Source of the DNA: Eledone cirrhosa
Taxonomy: Eukaryota
Direction of reading: 5' to 3'
Assembly: GCA_964016885.1 (NCBI GenBank)
Contig: OZ024741.1
Span: 10,416,001-10,480,000, forward strand
Length of the DNA: 64,000 nt
Part shown: positions 1-11,240 of the stretch, one piece after another
Layout: every line of letters starts with the position of its first letter
How positions within the stretch are numbered: the first letter of the stretch is position 1
Made by a program: the position numbers and the translations under genes
Notes under the pieces: model-generated
Told to the model about the DNA's origin: nothing
What the model saw: only the letters and a program-made list of their open reading frames with translations
Database searches by the model: none

Positions 1-3000
1 GATAGTGGTGGAGGTGGATTGTGTTGGTGTCGTTGGTGGTGGTGGTGATAGTGGTGGTGGTGGTGGTGTTGGTGTCGTTGGTGGTGGTGGTGATAGTGGT
101 GGAGGTGGTGATGTTGGTGTTGTTGGTGGTGGTGGTGGTGGTGTTGGATTTGTTGGTGGTGGAGGTGATAGTGGTGAAGGTGGTGGTGTTGGTGTTGTTG
201 GTGGTGGTGGTGATAGTGGTGGAGTTGGTGGTGTTGGTGTTGTTGGTGGTGATAGTGGTGGAGGTGGTAGTGTTGGTGTCGTTGGTGGTGGTGGTGATAG
301 TGGTGGAGGTGGTCGTGTTGGTGTCGTTGGTGGTGGTGATGATAGTGGTGGAGGTGGTGGTGTTGGTGTTGTTGGTGGTGGTGGTGATAGTGGTGGAGGT
401 GGAGGTGTTGTTGTTGTTGGTGGTGATAGTGGTGGAGGTGGTAGTGTTGGTGTCGTTGGTGGTGGTGGTGATAGTGGTGGAGGTGGTGGTGTTGGTGTTG
501 TTGGTGGTGGTGGTGATAGTGGTGGAGGTGGAGGTGTTGGTGTTGTTGGTGGTGGTGGTGATAGTGGTGGAGTGGTGGTGTTTGTGTCGTTGGTGGTGAT
601 AGTGGTGGAGGTGGTGGTGTTGGTGTTGTTGGTGGTGGTGGTGATAGTGGTGGAGGTCGTTGTGTTGGTGTTGTTGGTGGTGGTGGTGATAGTGGTGGAG
701 TTGATGGTGTTGGTGTTGTTGGTGGTGGTGGTGATAGTGGTGGAGGGGGTAGTGTTGGTGTTGTTGGTGGTGCTGGTGATAGTGGTGGAGGTGGTGGTGT
801 TGGTGTTGTTGGTGGTGATAGTGGTGGAGGTGGTAGTGTTGGTGTCGTTGGTGGTGGTGGTGGTGGTGGTGATAGTGGTGGAGGTGGTGGTGTTGGTGTT
901 GTTGGTGGTGGTGGTGGTGGTGTTGGTGTTGTTGGTGGTGGTGTTGATAGTGGTGGAGGTGGTGGTGTTGGTGTTGTTGGTGGTGGTGGTGATAGTGGTG
1001 GAGTTGATGTTGTTGGTGTTGTTGGTGGTGGTGGTGATAGTGGTGGAGGTGGAGGTGTTGGTGTTGTTGGTGGTGATAGTGGTGCAGGTGGATTGTGTTG
1101 GTGTCGTTGGTGGTGGTGGTGGTGGTGGTGATAGTGGTGGAGGTGGTGGTGTTGGTGTTGTTGGTGGTGGTGGTGATAGTGGTGGAGGTGGTGGTGTTGG
1201 TGTTGTTGGTGGTGGTGGTGGTGATAGTGGTGGAGGTGGTGGTGTTGGTGTTTTTGGTGGTGGTGGTGATAGTGGTGGAGGGGGTAGTGTTGGTGTAGTT
1301 GGTGGTGGTGGTGATAGTGGTGGAGGTGGTGGTGTTGGTGTCGTTGGTGGTGGTGGTGATAGTGGTGGAGGTGGTGGTGTTGGTGTTGTTGGTGGTGGTG
1401 TTGATAGTGGTGGAGGTGGTGGTGTTGGTGTTGTTGGTGGTGGTGGTGATAGTGGTGGAGGGGGTAGTGTTGGTGTTGGTGGTGGTGGTGATAGTGGTGG
1501 AGGTGGAGGTGTTGGTGTTGTTGGTGGTGATAGTGGTGGAGGTGGATTGTGTTGGTGTCGTTGGTGGTGGTGGTGATAGTGGTGGTGGTGGTGGTGTTGG
1601 TGTCGTTGGTGGTGGTGGTGATAGTGGTGGAGGTGGTGATGTTGGTGTTGTTGGTGGTGGTGGTGGTGGTGTTGGATTTGTTGGTGGTGGAGGTGATAGT
1701 GGTGAAGGTGGTGGTGTTGGTGTTGTTGGTGGTGGTGGTGATAGTGGTGGAGTTGGTGGTGTTGGTGTTGTTGGTGGTGATAGTGGTGGAGGTGGTAGTG
1801 TTGGTGTCGTTGGTGGTGGTGGTGATAGTGGTGGAGGTGGTCGTGTTGGTGTCGTTGGTGGTGGTGGTGATAGTGGTGGAGGGGGTAGTGTTGGTGTCGT
1901 TGGTGTTGGTGGTGATACTGGTGGAGGTGGTGGGGTTGGTGTTGTTGGTGGTGGTGGTGATAGGGGTGGAGGTGGTGGTGTTGGTGTCGTTGGTGGTGGT
2001 GGTGATAGTGGTGGAGGTGGTGGTGTTGGTGTTGTTGGTGGTGGTGGTGATAGTGGTGGAGGGGGTAGTGTTGGTGTTGTTGGTGGTGGTGGTGATAGTG
2101 GTGGAGGGGGTAGTGTTGGTGTTGTTGGTTTTTGGTGGTGATAGTGGTGAAGGTGGTGGTGTTGGTGTTGTTGGTGATGGTGGTGATAGTGGTGGAGGGG
2201 GTGGTGTTGGTGTTGTTGGAGGTGGTGGTGATAGTGGTGGAGGTGGTGGTGTTGGTGTTGTTGGTGGTGGTGGTGATAGTGGTGGAGGTGGAGGTGTTGG
2301 TGTTGTTGGTGGTGGTGGTGATAGTGGTGGAGTGGTGGTGTTTGTGTCGTTGGTGGTGATAGTGGTGGAGGTGGTGGTGTTGGTGTTGTTGGTGGTGGTG
2401 GTGATAGTGGTGGAGGTCGTTGTGTTGGTGTTGTTGGTGGTGGTGGTGATAGTGGTGGAGTTGATGGTGTTGGTGTTGTTGGTGGTGGTGGTGATAGTGG
2501 TGGAGGGGGTAGTGTTGGTGTTGCTGGTGGTGCTGGTGATAGTGGTGGAGGTGGTGGTGTTGGTGTTGTTGGTGGTGATAGTGGTGCAGGTGGTAGTGTT
2601 GGTGTCGTTGGTGGTGGTGGTGGTGGTGGTGATAGTGGTGGAGGTGGTGGTGTTGGTGTTGTTGGTGGTGGTGGTGGTGGTGTTGGTGTTGTTGGTGGTG
2701 GTGTTGATAGTGGTGGAGGTGGTGGTGTTGGTGTTGTTGGTGGTGGTGGTGATAGTGGTGGAGGTCGTTGTGTTGGTGTTGTTGGTGGTGGTGGTGATAG
2801 TGGTGGAGGGGGTAGTGTTGGTGTTGGTGGTGGTGGTGATAGTGGTGGAGGTGGAGGTGTTGGTGTTGTTGGTGGTGATAGTGGTGCAGGTGGATTGTGT
2901 TGGTGTCGTTGGTGGTGGTGGTGGTGGTGGTGATAGTGGTGGAGGTGGTGGTGTTGGTGTTGTTGGTGGTGGTGGTGATAGTGGTGGAGGTGTTGGTGTT

Positions 3001-4690
3001 GGTGTTGTTGGTGGTGGTGGTGGTGATAGTGGTGGAGGTGGTGGTGTTGGTGTTTTTGGTGGTGGTGGTGATAGTGGTGGAGGGGGTAGTGTTGGTGTAG
3101 TTGGTCGTGGTGGTGATAGTGGTGGAGGTGGTGGTGTTGGTGTCGTTGGTGGTGGTGGTGATAGTGGTGGAGGTGGTGGTGTTGGTGTTGTTGGTGGTGG
3201 TGTTGATAGTGGTGGAGGTGGTGGTGTTGGTGTTGTTGGTGGTGGTGGTAATAGTGGTGGAGGGGGTAGTGTTGGTGTTGGTGGTGGTGGTGATAGTGGT
3301 GGAGGTGGAGGTGTTGGTGTTGTTGGTGGTGATAGTGGTGGAGGTGGATTGTGTTGGTGTCGTTGGTGGTGGTGGTGATAGTGGTGGTGGTGGTGGTGTT
3401 GGTGTCGTTGGTGGTGGTGGTGATAGTGGTGGAGGTGGTGATGTTGGTGTTGTTGGTGGTGGTGGTGGTGGTGTTGGAGTTATTGGTGGTGGAGGTGATA
3501 GTGGTGAAGGTGGTGGTGTTGGTGTTGTTGGTGGTGGTGGTGATAGTGGTGGAGTTGGTGGTGTTGGTGTTGTTGGTGGTGATAGTGGTGGAGGTGGTAG
3601 TGTTGGTGTCGTTGGTGGTGGTGGTGATAGTGGTGGAGGTGGTCGTGTTGGTGTCGTTGGTGGTGGTGGTGATAGTGGTGGAGGTGGTGGTGTTGGTGTT
3701 GTTAGTGGTGATAGTGGTGGAGGTGGTAGTGTTGGTGTCGTTGGTGGTGGTGGTGATAGTGGTGGAGGTGGTGGTGTTGGTGTTGTTGGTGGTGATAGTG
3801 GTGGAGGTGGTAGTGTTGGTGTCGTTGGTGGTGGTGGCGATAGTGGAGGAGGTGGTGGTGTTGGTGTCGTTGGTGGTGGTGGTGACAGTGGTGGAGTTGG
3901 TGGTGTTGGTGTTGTTAGTGGTGATAGTGGTGGAGGTGGTAGTGTTGGTGTCGTTGGTGGTGGTGGCGATAGTGGTGGAGTTGGTGGTGTTGGTGTCGTT
4001 GGTGGTGGTGGTGACAGTGGTGGAGGTGGTGGTGTTGGTGTTGTTGGTGGTGGAGGTGATAGTGGTGGAGGTGGTGGTGTTGGTGTTGTTGGTGGTGGAG
4101 GTGATAGTGGTGGAGGTGGTGGTGTTGGTGTTGTTGGTGGTGGAGGTGATAGTGGTGGAGGTGGTGGTGTTGGTGTTGTTGGTGGTGGAGGTGATATTTG
4201 TGGAGGTGGTGGTGTTGGTGTTGTTGGTGGTGGTGGTGATATTGGTGGAGGGGGTAGTGTTGGTGTCGTTGGTGTTGGTGGTGATACTGGTGGAGGTGGT
4301 GGTGTTGGTGTTGTTGGTGGTGGAGGTGATAGTGGTGGAGGTGGTGGTGTTGGTGTTGTTGGTGGTGGAGGTGATATTTGTGGAGGTGGTGGTGTTGGTG
4401 TTGTTGGTGGTGGTGGTGATATTGGTGGAGGGGGTAGTGTTGGTGTCGTTGGTGTTGGTGGTGATACTGGTGGAGGTGGTGGGGTTGGTGTTGTTGGTGG
4501 TGGTGGTGATAGGGGTGGAGGTGGTGGTGTTGGTGTCGTTGGTGGTGGTGGTGATAGTGGTGGAGGTGGTGGTGTTGGTGTTGTTGGTGGTGGTGGTGAT
4601 AGTGGTGGAGGGGGTAGTGTTGGTGTTGTTGGTGGTGGTGGTGATAGTGGTGGAGGGGGTAGTGTTGGTGTTGTTGGTTTTTGGTGGTGA
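1..4690. repeat. Left cluster of short higher-order units (1.5-1.8 kb), related to 19.1-31.6 kb
   Basis: The same unit start (GGATTGTGTT marker; ORF-track starts 21, 1549, 3351) recurs at 1528 and 1802 bp spacing. GGATTTGTT at ~146 and ~1674 corresponds to GGAGTTATT at ~3476. Confidence 0.8.
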
Positions 4691-7600
4691 TAGTGGTGAA
4701 GGTGGTGGTGTTGGTGTTGTTGGTGATGGTGGTGATAGTGGTGGAGGGGGTGGTGTTGGTGTTGTTGGTGGTGGTGGTGATAGTGGTGGAGGTGGTGGTG
4801 TTGGTGTTGTTGGTGGTGGTGGTGATAGTGCTGGAGCTGGTGGTGTTGGTGTTGTTGGTGGTGGGGGTGATAGTGGTGGAGGTGGTGGTGTTGGTGTTGT
4901 TGGTGGTGGTGCTGATAGTGGTGGAGGTGGTGGTGTTGGTGTTGTTGGTGGTGGTGGTGATAGGGGTGGAGGTGGTGGTGTTGGTGTTGTTGTTGGTGGT
5001 GGTGATAGTGGTGGTGGTGGTGTTGGTGTCGTTGCTGGTGGTGGTGATAGTGGTGGAGGTGGTGGTGTTGGTGTTGTTGGTGGTGGTGGTGATAGTGGTG
5101 GTGGTGGTGGTGTTGGTGTTGTTGGTGGTGGTGGTGGTGTTGGTGTCGTTGGTGGTGGTGGTGTTGATAGTGGTGGAGGTGGTGGTGTTGGTGTCGTTGG
5201 TGGTGGTGGTGATAGTGGTGGTGGTGGTGGTGTTGGTGTCGTTGGTGGCGGTGGTGATAGTGGTGGAGGTGGTGGTGTTGGTGTTGTTGGTGGTGGTGGT
5301 GGTGATAGTGGTGGTGGTGTTGGTGTTGTTGGTGGTGGTGGTGATAGGGATGGAGGTGGTGGTGTTGGCGTTGTTGGTGGTGGTGGTGGTTGTGTTGGTG
5401 TCGTTGGTGGTGGTGGAGGTGGTGGTGTTGGTCTCGTTGGTGGCGGTGGTGATAGTGGTGGAGAGGGTAGTGTTGGTGTTGTTGGTGGTGGAGGTGGTGG
5501 TGTTTGTGTCGTTGGTGGTGATAGTGGTGGAGGTGGTGGTGTTGGTGTTGTTGGTGGTGGTGGTGATAGTGGTGGAGGTGGAGGTGTTGGTGTTGTTGGT
5601 GGTGGTGGTGATAGTGGTGGAGGTGGTGGTGTTGGTGTCGTTGGTTGTGATAGTGGTGGAGGTGGTGGTGTTGGTATTGTTGGTGGTGGTGGTGATAATG
5701 GTGGAGGTGGTGGTGGTGGTGTTGTTGGTGGCGGTGGTGATAGTGGTGGAGATGGTGGTGTTGGTGTTGTTGGTGGTGGTGGTTATAGTGGTGGAGGTGG
5801 TGATGTTGGTGTTGTTGGTGGTGGTGGTGGTGGTGCTGGTGCTGGTGTCGTTGGTTGTGATAGTGGTGGAGTTGGTGGTGTTGGTGTTGTTGGTGGTGGA
5901 GGTGATAGTGGTGGAGATGGTGGTGTTGGTGTTGTTGGTGGTGGTGGTGATAGTGGAGTTGTTGATGTTGTTGGTGGTGGTGGTGATAGTGTTGGAGGGG
6001 GTAGTGTTGGTGTTGTTGGTGGTGGTGGTGATAGTGGTGGAGTTGGTGGTGTTGGTGTTGTTGGTGGTGATAGTGGTGGAGGTGGTAGTGTTGGTGTCGT
6101 TGGTGGTGGTGGTGATAGTGGTGGAGTTGGTGGTGTTGGTGTTGTTGGTGGTGATAGTGGTGGAGGTGGTAGTGTTGGTGTCGTTGGTGGTGGTGGTGAT
6201 AGTGGTGGAGTTGGTGGTGTTGGTGTTGTTGGTGGTGATAGTGGTGGAGGTGGTAGTGTTGGTGTCGTTGGTGGTGGTGGTGATAGTGGTGGAGTTGGTG
6301 GTGTTGGTGTTGTTGGTGGTGATAGTGGTGGAGGTGGTAGTGTTGGTGTCGTTGGTGGTGGTGGTGATAGTGGTGGAGTTGGTGGTGTTGGTGTTGTTGG
6401 TGGTGATAGTGTTGGAGGTGGTAGTGTTGGTGTCGTTGGTGGTGGTGGTGATAGTGGTGGATTTCGTGGTGTTGGTGTTGTTGGTGGTGATAGTGGTGGA
6501 GGTGGTAGTGTTGGTGTCGTTGGTGGTGGTGGTGATAGTGGTGGAGGTGGTGGTGTTGGTGTCGTTGGTGGTGGTGGTGATAGTGGTGGAGGTGGTGGTG
6601 TTGGTGTTGTTGGTGGTGGAGGTGATAGTGGTGGAGGTGCTGGTGTTGGTGTTGTTAGTGGTGATTATCGTGGAGGTGGTAGTGTTGGTGTCGCTGGTGG
6701 TGGTGGTGATAGTGGTGGAGGTGGTGGTGTTGGTGTTGTTGGTGGTGATAGTGGTGGAGGTGGTGGTGTTGGTGTTGTTGGTGGTGGTGGTGATAGTGGT
6801 GGAGGTGGTGATGTTGGTGTTGTTGGTGGTGGTGGTGGTGGTGTTGGTGTCGTTGATTGTGATAGTGGTGGAGGTGGTGGTGTTGGTGTTGTTGGTGGTG
6901 GTGGTGATAGTGGTGGTGGTGGTGTTGGTGTCGTTGATTGTGATAGTGGTGGAGGTGGTGGTGTTGGTGTTGTTGGTGGTGGAGGTGATAGTGGTGGAGG
7001 TGGTGGTGTTGGTGTTGTTGGTGGTGGTGGTGATAGTGGAGTTGTTGATGTTGTTGGTGGTGGTGGTGATAGTGTTGGAGGGGTAGTGTTGGTGTTGTTG
7101 GTGGTGGTGGTGATAGTGTTGGAGATGGTGGTGTTGGTGTTGTTGATGGTGATAGTGGTGGAGGTGGTAGTGTTGGTGTCGTTGGTGGTGGTGGTGATAG
7201 TGGTGGAGGTGGTGGTGTTGGGGTCGTTGGTGGTGGTGGTGATAGTGGTGGAGGTGGTGGTGTTGGTGTTGTTGGTGGTGGAGGTGATAGTGGTGGAGGT
7301 GGTGGTGTTGGTGTTGTTAGTGGTGATAGTGGTGGAGGTGGTAGTGTTGGTGTCGTTGGTGGTGATAGTGGTGGAGGTGGTAGTGTTGGTGTCGTTGGTG
7401 GTGGTGGCGATAGTGGTGGAGGTGGTGGTGTTGGTGTTGTTGGTGGTGGAGGTGATAGTGGTGGAGGTGGTGGTGTTGGTGTCGTTGGTGTTGGTGGTGA
7501 TACTGGTGGAGGTGGTGGTGTTGGTGTTGTTGGTGGTGGTGGTGATAGTGGTGGAGGTGGTGTTGTTGGTGTCGTTGGTGTTGGTGGTGATACTGGTGGA

Positions 7601-10600
7601 GGTGGTGGTGTTGGTGTTGTTGGTGGTGGTGGTGATAGTGGTGGAGGTGGTGGTGTTGGTGTTGTTGGTGGTGGAGGTGATAGTGGTGGAGGTGGTGGTG
7701 TTGGTGTTGTTGGTGGTGGTGGTGATAGTGGTGGAGGGGGTAGTGTTGGTGTCGTTGGTGTTGGTGGTGATACTGGTGGAGGTGGTGGTGTTGGTGATGT
7801 TGGTGGTGGTGGTGATAGGGGTGGAGGTGGTGGTGTTGGTGTCGTTGGTGGTGGTGGTGATAGTGGTGGAGGTGGTGGTGTTGGTGTTGTTGGTGGTGGT
7901 GGTGATAGTGGTGGAGGGGGTATTGTTGGTGTTGTTGGTGGTGGTGGTGATAATGGTGGAGGGGGTAGTGTTGGTGTTGTTGGTGGTGGTGGTGATAGTG
8001 GTGAAGGTGGTGGTGTTGGTGTTGTTGGTGGTGGTGGTGATAGTGCTGGAGGTGGTGGTGTTGGTGTTGTTGGTGGTGGTGGTGATAGTGCTGGAGGTGG
8101 TGGTGTTGGTGTTGTTGGTGGTGGAGGTGATAGTGGTGGAGGTGGTGGTGTTGGTCTAGTTGGTGGTGGTGGTGATAGTGGTGGAGGTGGTTGTGTTGAT
8201 GTCGTTGGTGGTTGTGGTGATAGTGGTGGAGGTGGAGGTGTTGGTGTTGTTGGAGGTGGTGGTGATAGTGGTGGAGGTGGTGGTGTTGGTGTCGTTGGTG
8301 GTGATAGTGGCGGAGGTGGTGGTGTAGGTGTCGTTGGTGGTGGTGGTGATAGTGGTGGAGGGGGTAGTGTTGTTATTGTTGGTGGTGGTGGTGATAGTGG
8401 TGGTGGTGGTGGTGTTGGTGGCGTTGCTGGTGGTGGTGATAGTGGTGGTGGTGGTGGTGGTGTTGGTGTAGTTGGTGGCGGTGGTGATAGTGGTGGAGAG
8501 GGTAGTTTTGGTGTTGTTGGTGGTGGAGGTGATAGTGCTGGAGGTGGAGGTGTTGGTGTTGTTGGTGGTGGTGGTGATAGTGGTGGAGGTGGTGGTGTTG
8601 GTGTTGTTGGTGGTGGTGGTGATAGTGGTGGAGGTGGTGGTGTTGGTGTCGTTGGTGGTGATAGTGGTGGAGGTGGTGGTGTTGGTGTTGTTGGTGGTGG
8701 TGGTGATAGTGGTGGAGGTGGATGTGTTGGTGTTGTTGGTGGTGGTGGTGATAGTGGTGGAGGTGGTGGTGTTGGTGTTGTTGGTGGTGGTGGTGATAGT
8801 GGTGGAGGTGGTGGTGTTGGTGTTGTTGGTGGTGGTGGTGATAGTGGTGGAGGTGGTGGTGTTGGTGTCGTTGGTGGTGATAGTGGTGGAGGTGGTGGTG
8901 TTGGTGTTGTTGGTGGTGGTGGTGATAGTGGTGGAGGTGGAGGTGTTGGTGTTGTTGTTGGTGGTGGTGATAGTGGTGGAGGTGGAGGTGTTGGTGTTGT
9001 TGGTGGTGGTGGTGATAGTGGTGGAGGTGGTGGTGTTTGTGTCGTTGGTGGTGATAGTGGTGGAGGTGGTGGTGTTGGTGTTGTTGGTGGTGGTGTTGAT
9101 AGTGGTGGAGGTAGTGGTGTTGGTGTTGTTGGTGGTGGTGGTGATAGTGGTGGAGGTCGTTGTGTTGGTGTTGTTGGTGGTGGTGGTGATAGTGGTGGAG
9201 GGGGTAGTGTTGGTGTTGGTGGTGATAGTGGTGGAGGTGGAGGTGTTGGTGTTGTTGGTGTTGATAGTGGTGGAGGTGGTGGTGTTGGTGTTGTTGGTGG
9301 TGGTGGTGATAGTGGTGGAGTTGATGGTGTTGGTGTTGTTGGTGGTGGTGGTGATAGTGGTGGAGGTGGAGGTGTTGGTGTTGCTGGTGGTGGTGGTGCT
9401 GGTGGTGGTGATAGTTGTGGAGTTGATGGTGTTGGTGTTGTTGGTGGTGGTGGTGATAGCGGTGGAGGTGGTGGTGTTGGTGTTGTTGGTGGTGGAGGTG
9501 ATAGTGGTGGAGGTGGTGGTGTTGGTGTTGTTAGTGGTGATAGTGGTGGAGGTGGTAGTGTTGGTGTCGTTGGTGGTGGTGGTGATAGTGGTGGAGGTGG
9601 TGGTGTTGGTGTTGTTGGTGGTGATAGTGGTGGAGGTGGTAGTGTTGGTGTCGTTGGTGGTGGTGGCGATAGTGGTGGAGGTGGTGGTATTGGTGTCGTT
9701 GGTGTTGGTGGTGATAGTGGTGGAGGTGGTGGTGTTGGTGTTGTTGGTGGTGAAGGTGATAGTGGTGGAGGTGGTGGTGTTGGTGTCGTTGGTGTTGGTA
9801 GTGATACTGGTGGAGGTGGTGGTGTTGGTGTTGTTGGTGGTGGTGGTGATAGTGGTGGAGGTGGTGGTGTTGGTGTTGTTGGTGGTGGTGGTGATTGTGG
9901 TGGAGGTGGAGGTGTTGGTGTTGTTGGTGGTGGTGGTGGTGGAGTTGATGGTGTTGGTGTTGTTGGTGGTGGTGGTGATAGTGGTGGAGGTGGAGGTGTT
10001 GGTGTTGCTGGTGGTGGTGGTGGTGGTGGTGATAGTGGTGGAGTTGATGGTGTTGGTGTTGTTGGTGGTGGTGGTGATAGTGGTGGAGGTGGTGGTGTTG
10101 GTGTTGTTGGTGGTGGTGGTGATAGTGGTGGAGGTGGTGGTGCAGGTGTTGTTGGTGGTGGAGGTGATAGTGGTGGAGGTGGTGGTGTTGGTGTCGTTGG
10201 TGGTGGTGGTGGTGGTGGTGATAGTGGTGGAGGTGGTGGTGTTGGTGTTGTTGGTGGTGGTGGTGATAGTGGTGGTGGTGGTAGCGTTGGTGTTGTTGGT
10301 GGTGGTGGTGATAGTGGTGGAGGTGGAGGTGTTGGTGTTGTTGGTGGTGGTGGTGATAGTGGCGGAGGTGGTGGTGTTGGTGTCGTTGGTGGTGGTGGTG
10401 ATAGTGGTGGAGGTGGTGGTGTTGGTGTTGTTGGTGGTGGTGGTGATAGTGGTGGAGGTGGAGGTGTTGTTGTTGTTGGTGGTGATAGTGGTGGAGGTGG
10501 TAGTGTTGGTGTCGTTGGTGGTGGTGGTGATAGTGGTGGAGGTGGAGGTGTTGGTGTTGTTGGTGGTGGTGGTGATAGTGGTGGAGTGGTGGTGTTTGTG

Positions 10601-11240
10601 TCGTTGGTGGTGATAGTGGTGGAGGTGGTGGTGTTGGTGTTGTTGGTGGTGGTGGTGATAGTGGTGGAGGTCGTTGTGTTGGTGTTGTTGGTGGTGGTGG
10701 TGATAGTGGTGGAGTTGATGGTGTTGGTGTTGTTGGTGGTGGTGGTGATAGTGGTGGAGGGGGTAGTGTTGGTGTTGTTGGTGGTGCTGGTGATAGTGGT
10801 GGAGGTGGTGGTGTTGGTGTTGTTGGTGGTGATAGTGGTGGAGGTGGTAGTGTTGGTGTCGTTGGTGGTGGTGTTGGTGGTGGTGATAGTGGTGGAGGTG
10901 GTGGTGTTAGTGTTGTTGGTGGTGGTGGTGGTGGTGTTGGTGTTGTTGGTGGTGGTGTTGATAGTGGTGGAGGTGGTGGTGTTGGTGTTGTTGGTGGTGG
11001 TGGTGATAGTGGTGGAGGTCCTTGTGTTGGTGTTGTTGGTGGTGGTGGTGATAGTGGTGGAGTTGATGTTGTTGGTGTTGTTGGTGGTGGTGGTGATATT
11101 GGTGGAGGGGGTAGTGTTGGTGTTGATGGTGGTGGTGATAGTGGTGGAGGTGGAGGTGTTGGTGTTGTTGGTGGTGATAGTGGTGCAGGTGGATTGTGTT
11201 GGTGTCGTTGGTGGTGGTGGTGGTGGTGGTGATAGTGGTG
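4560..11240. repeat. 6.7-kb higher-order block L, copy 1
   Basis: Rare variants GATAGGGATGGA (5343), GGATTTCGT (6459) and CTA (8156) recur exactly 6678 bp downstream (12021, 13137, 14834). Near-identical 801-aa ORFs start at 4681 and 11359. Confidence 0.92.
6030..6533. repeat. 84-bp dimeric sub-array (39-bp + 45-bp monomers, 6 copies); also at 12708-13211 and ~32919-33422
   Basis: GAT anchors at 6030, 6069, 6114, 6153, 6198, 6237 and onward alternate 39/45 bp. The 39-mer carries GGAGTT and the 45-mer carries GGTAGT...GTCGTT. Confidence 0.9.

Noticed and set aside
5745-5760. GTGGAGATGGTGG matches the human PRDM9 motif CCNCCNTNNCCNC on the - strand
   Set aside because: It is a degenerate motif in a CCA-repeat background, present only in a rare variant, and the species is unknown.
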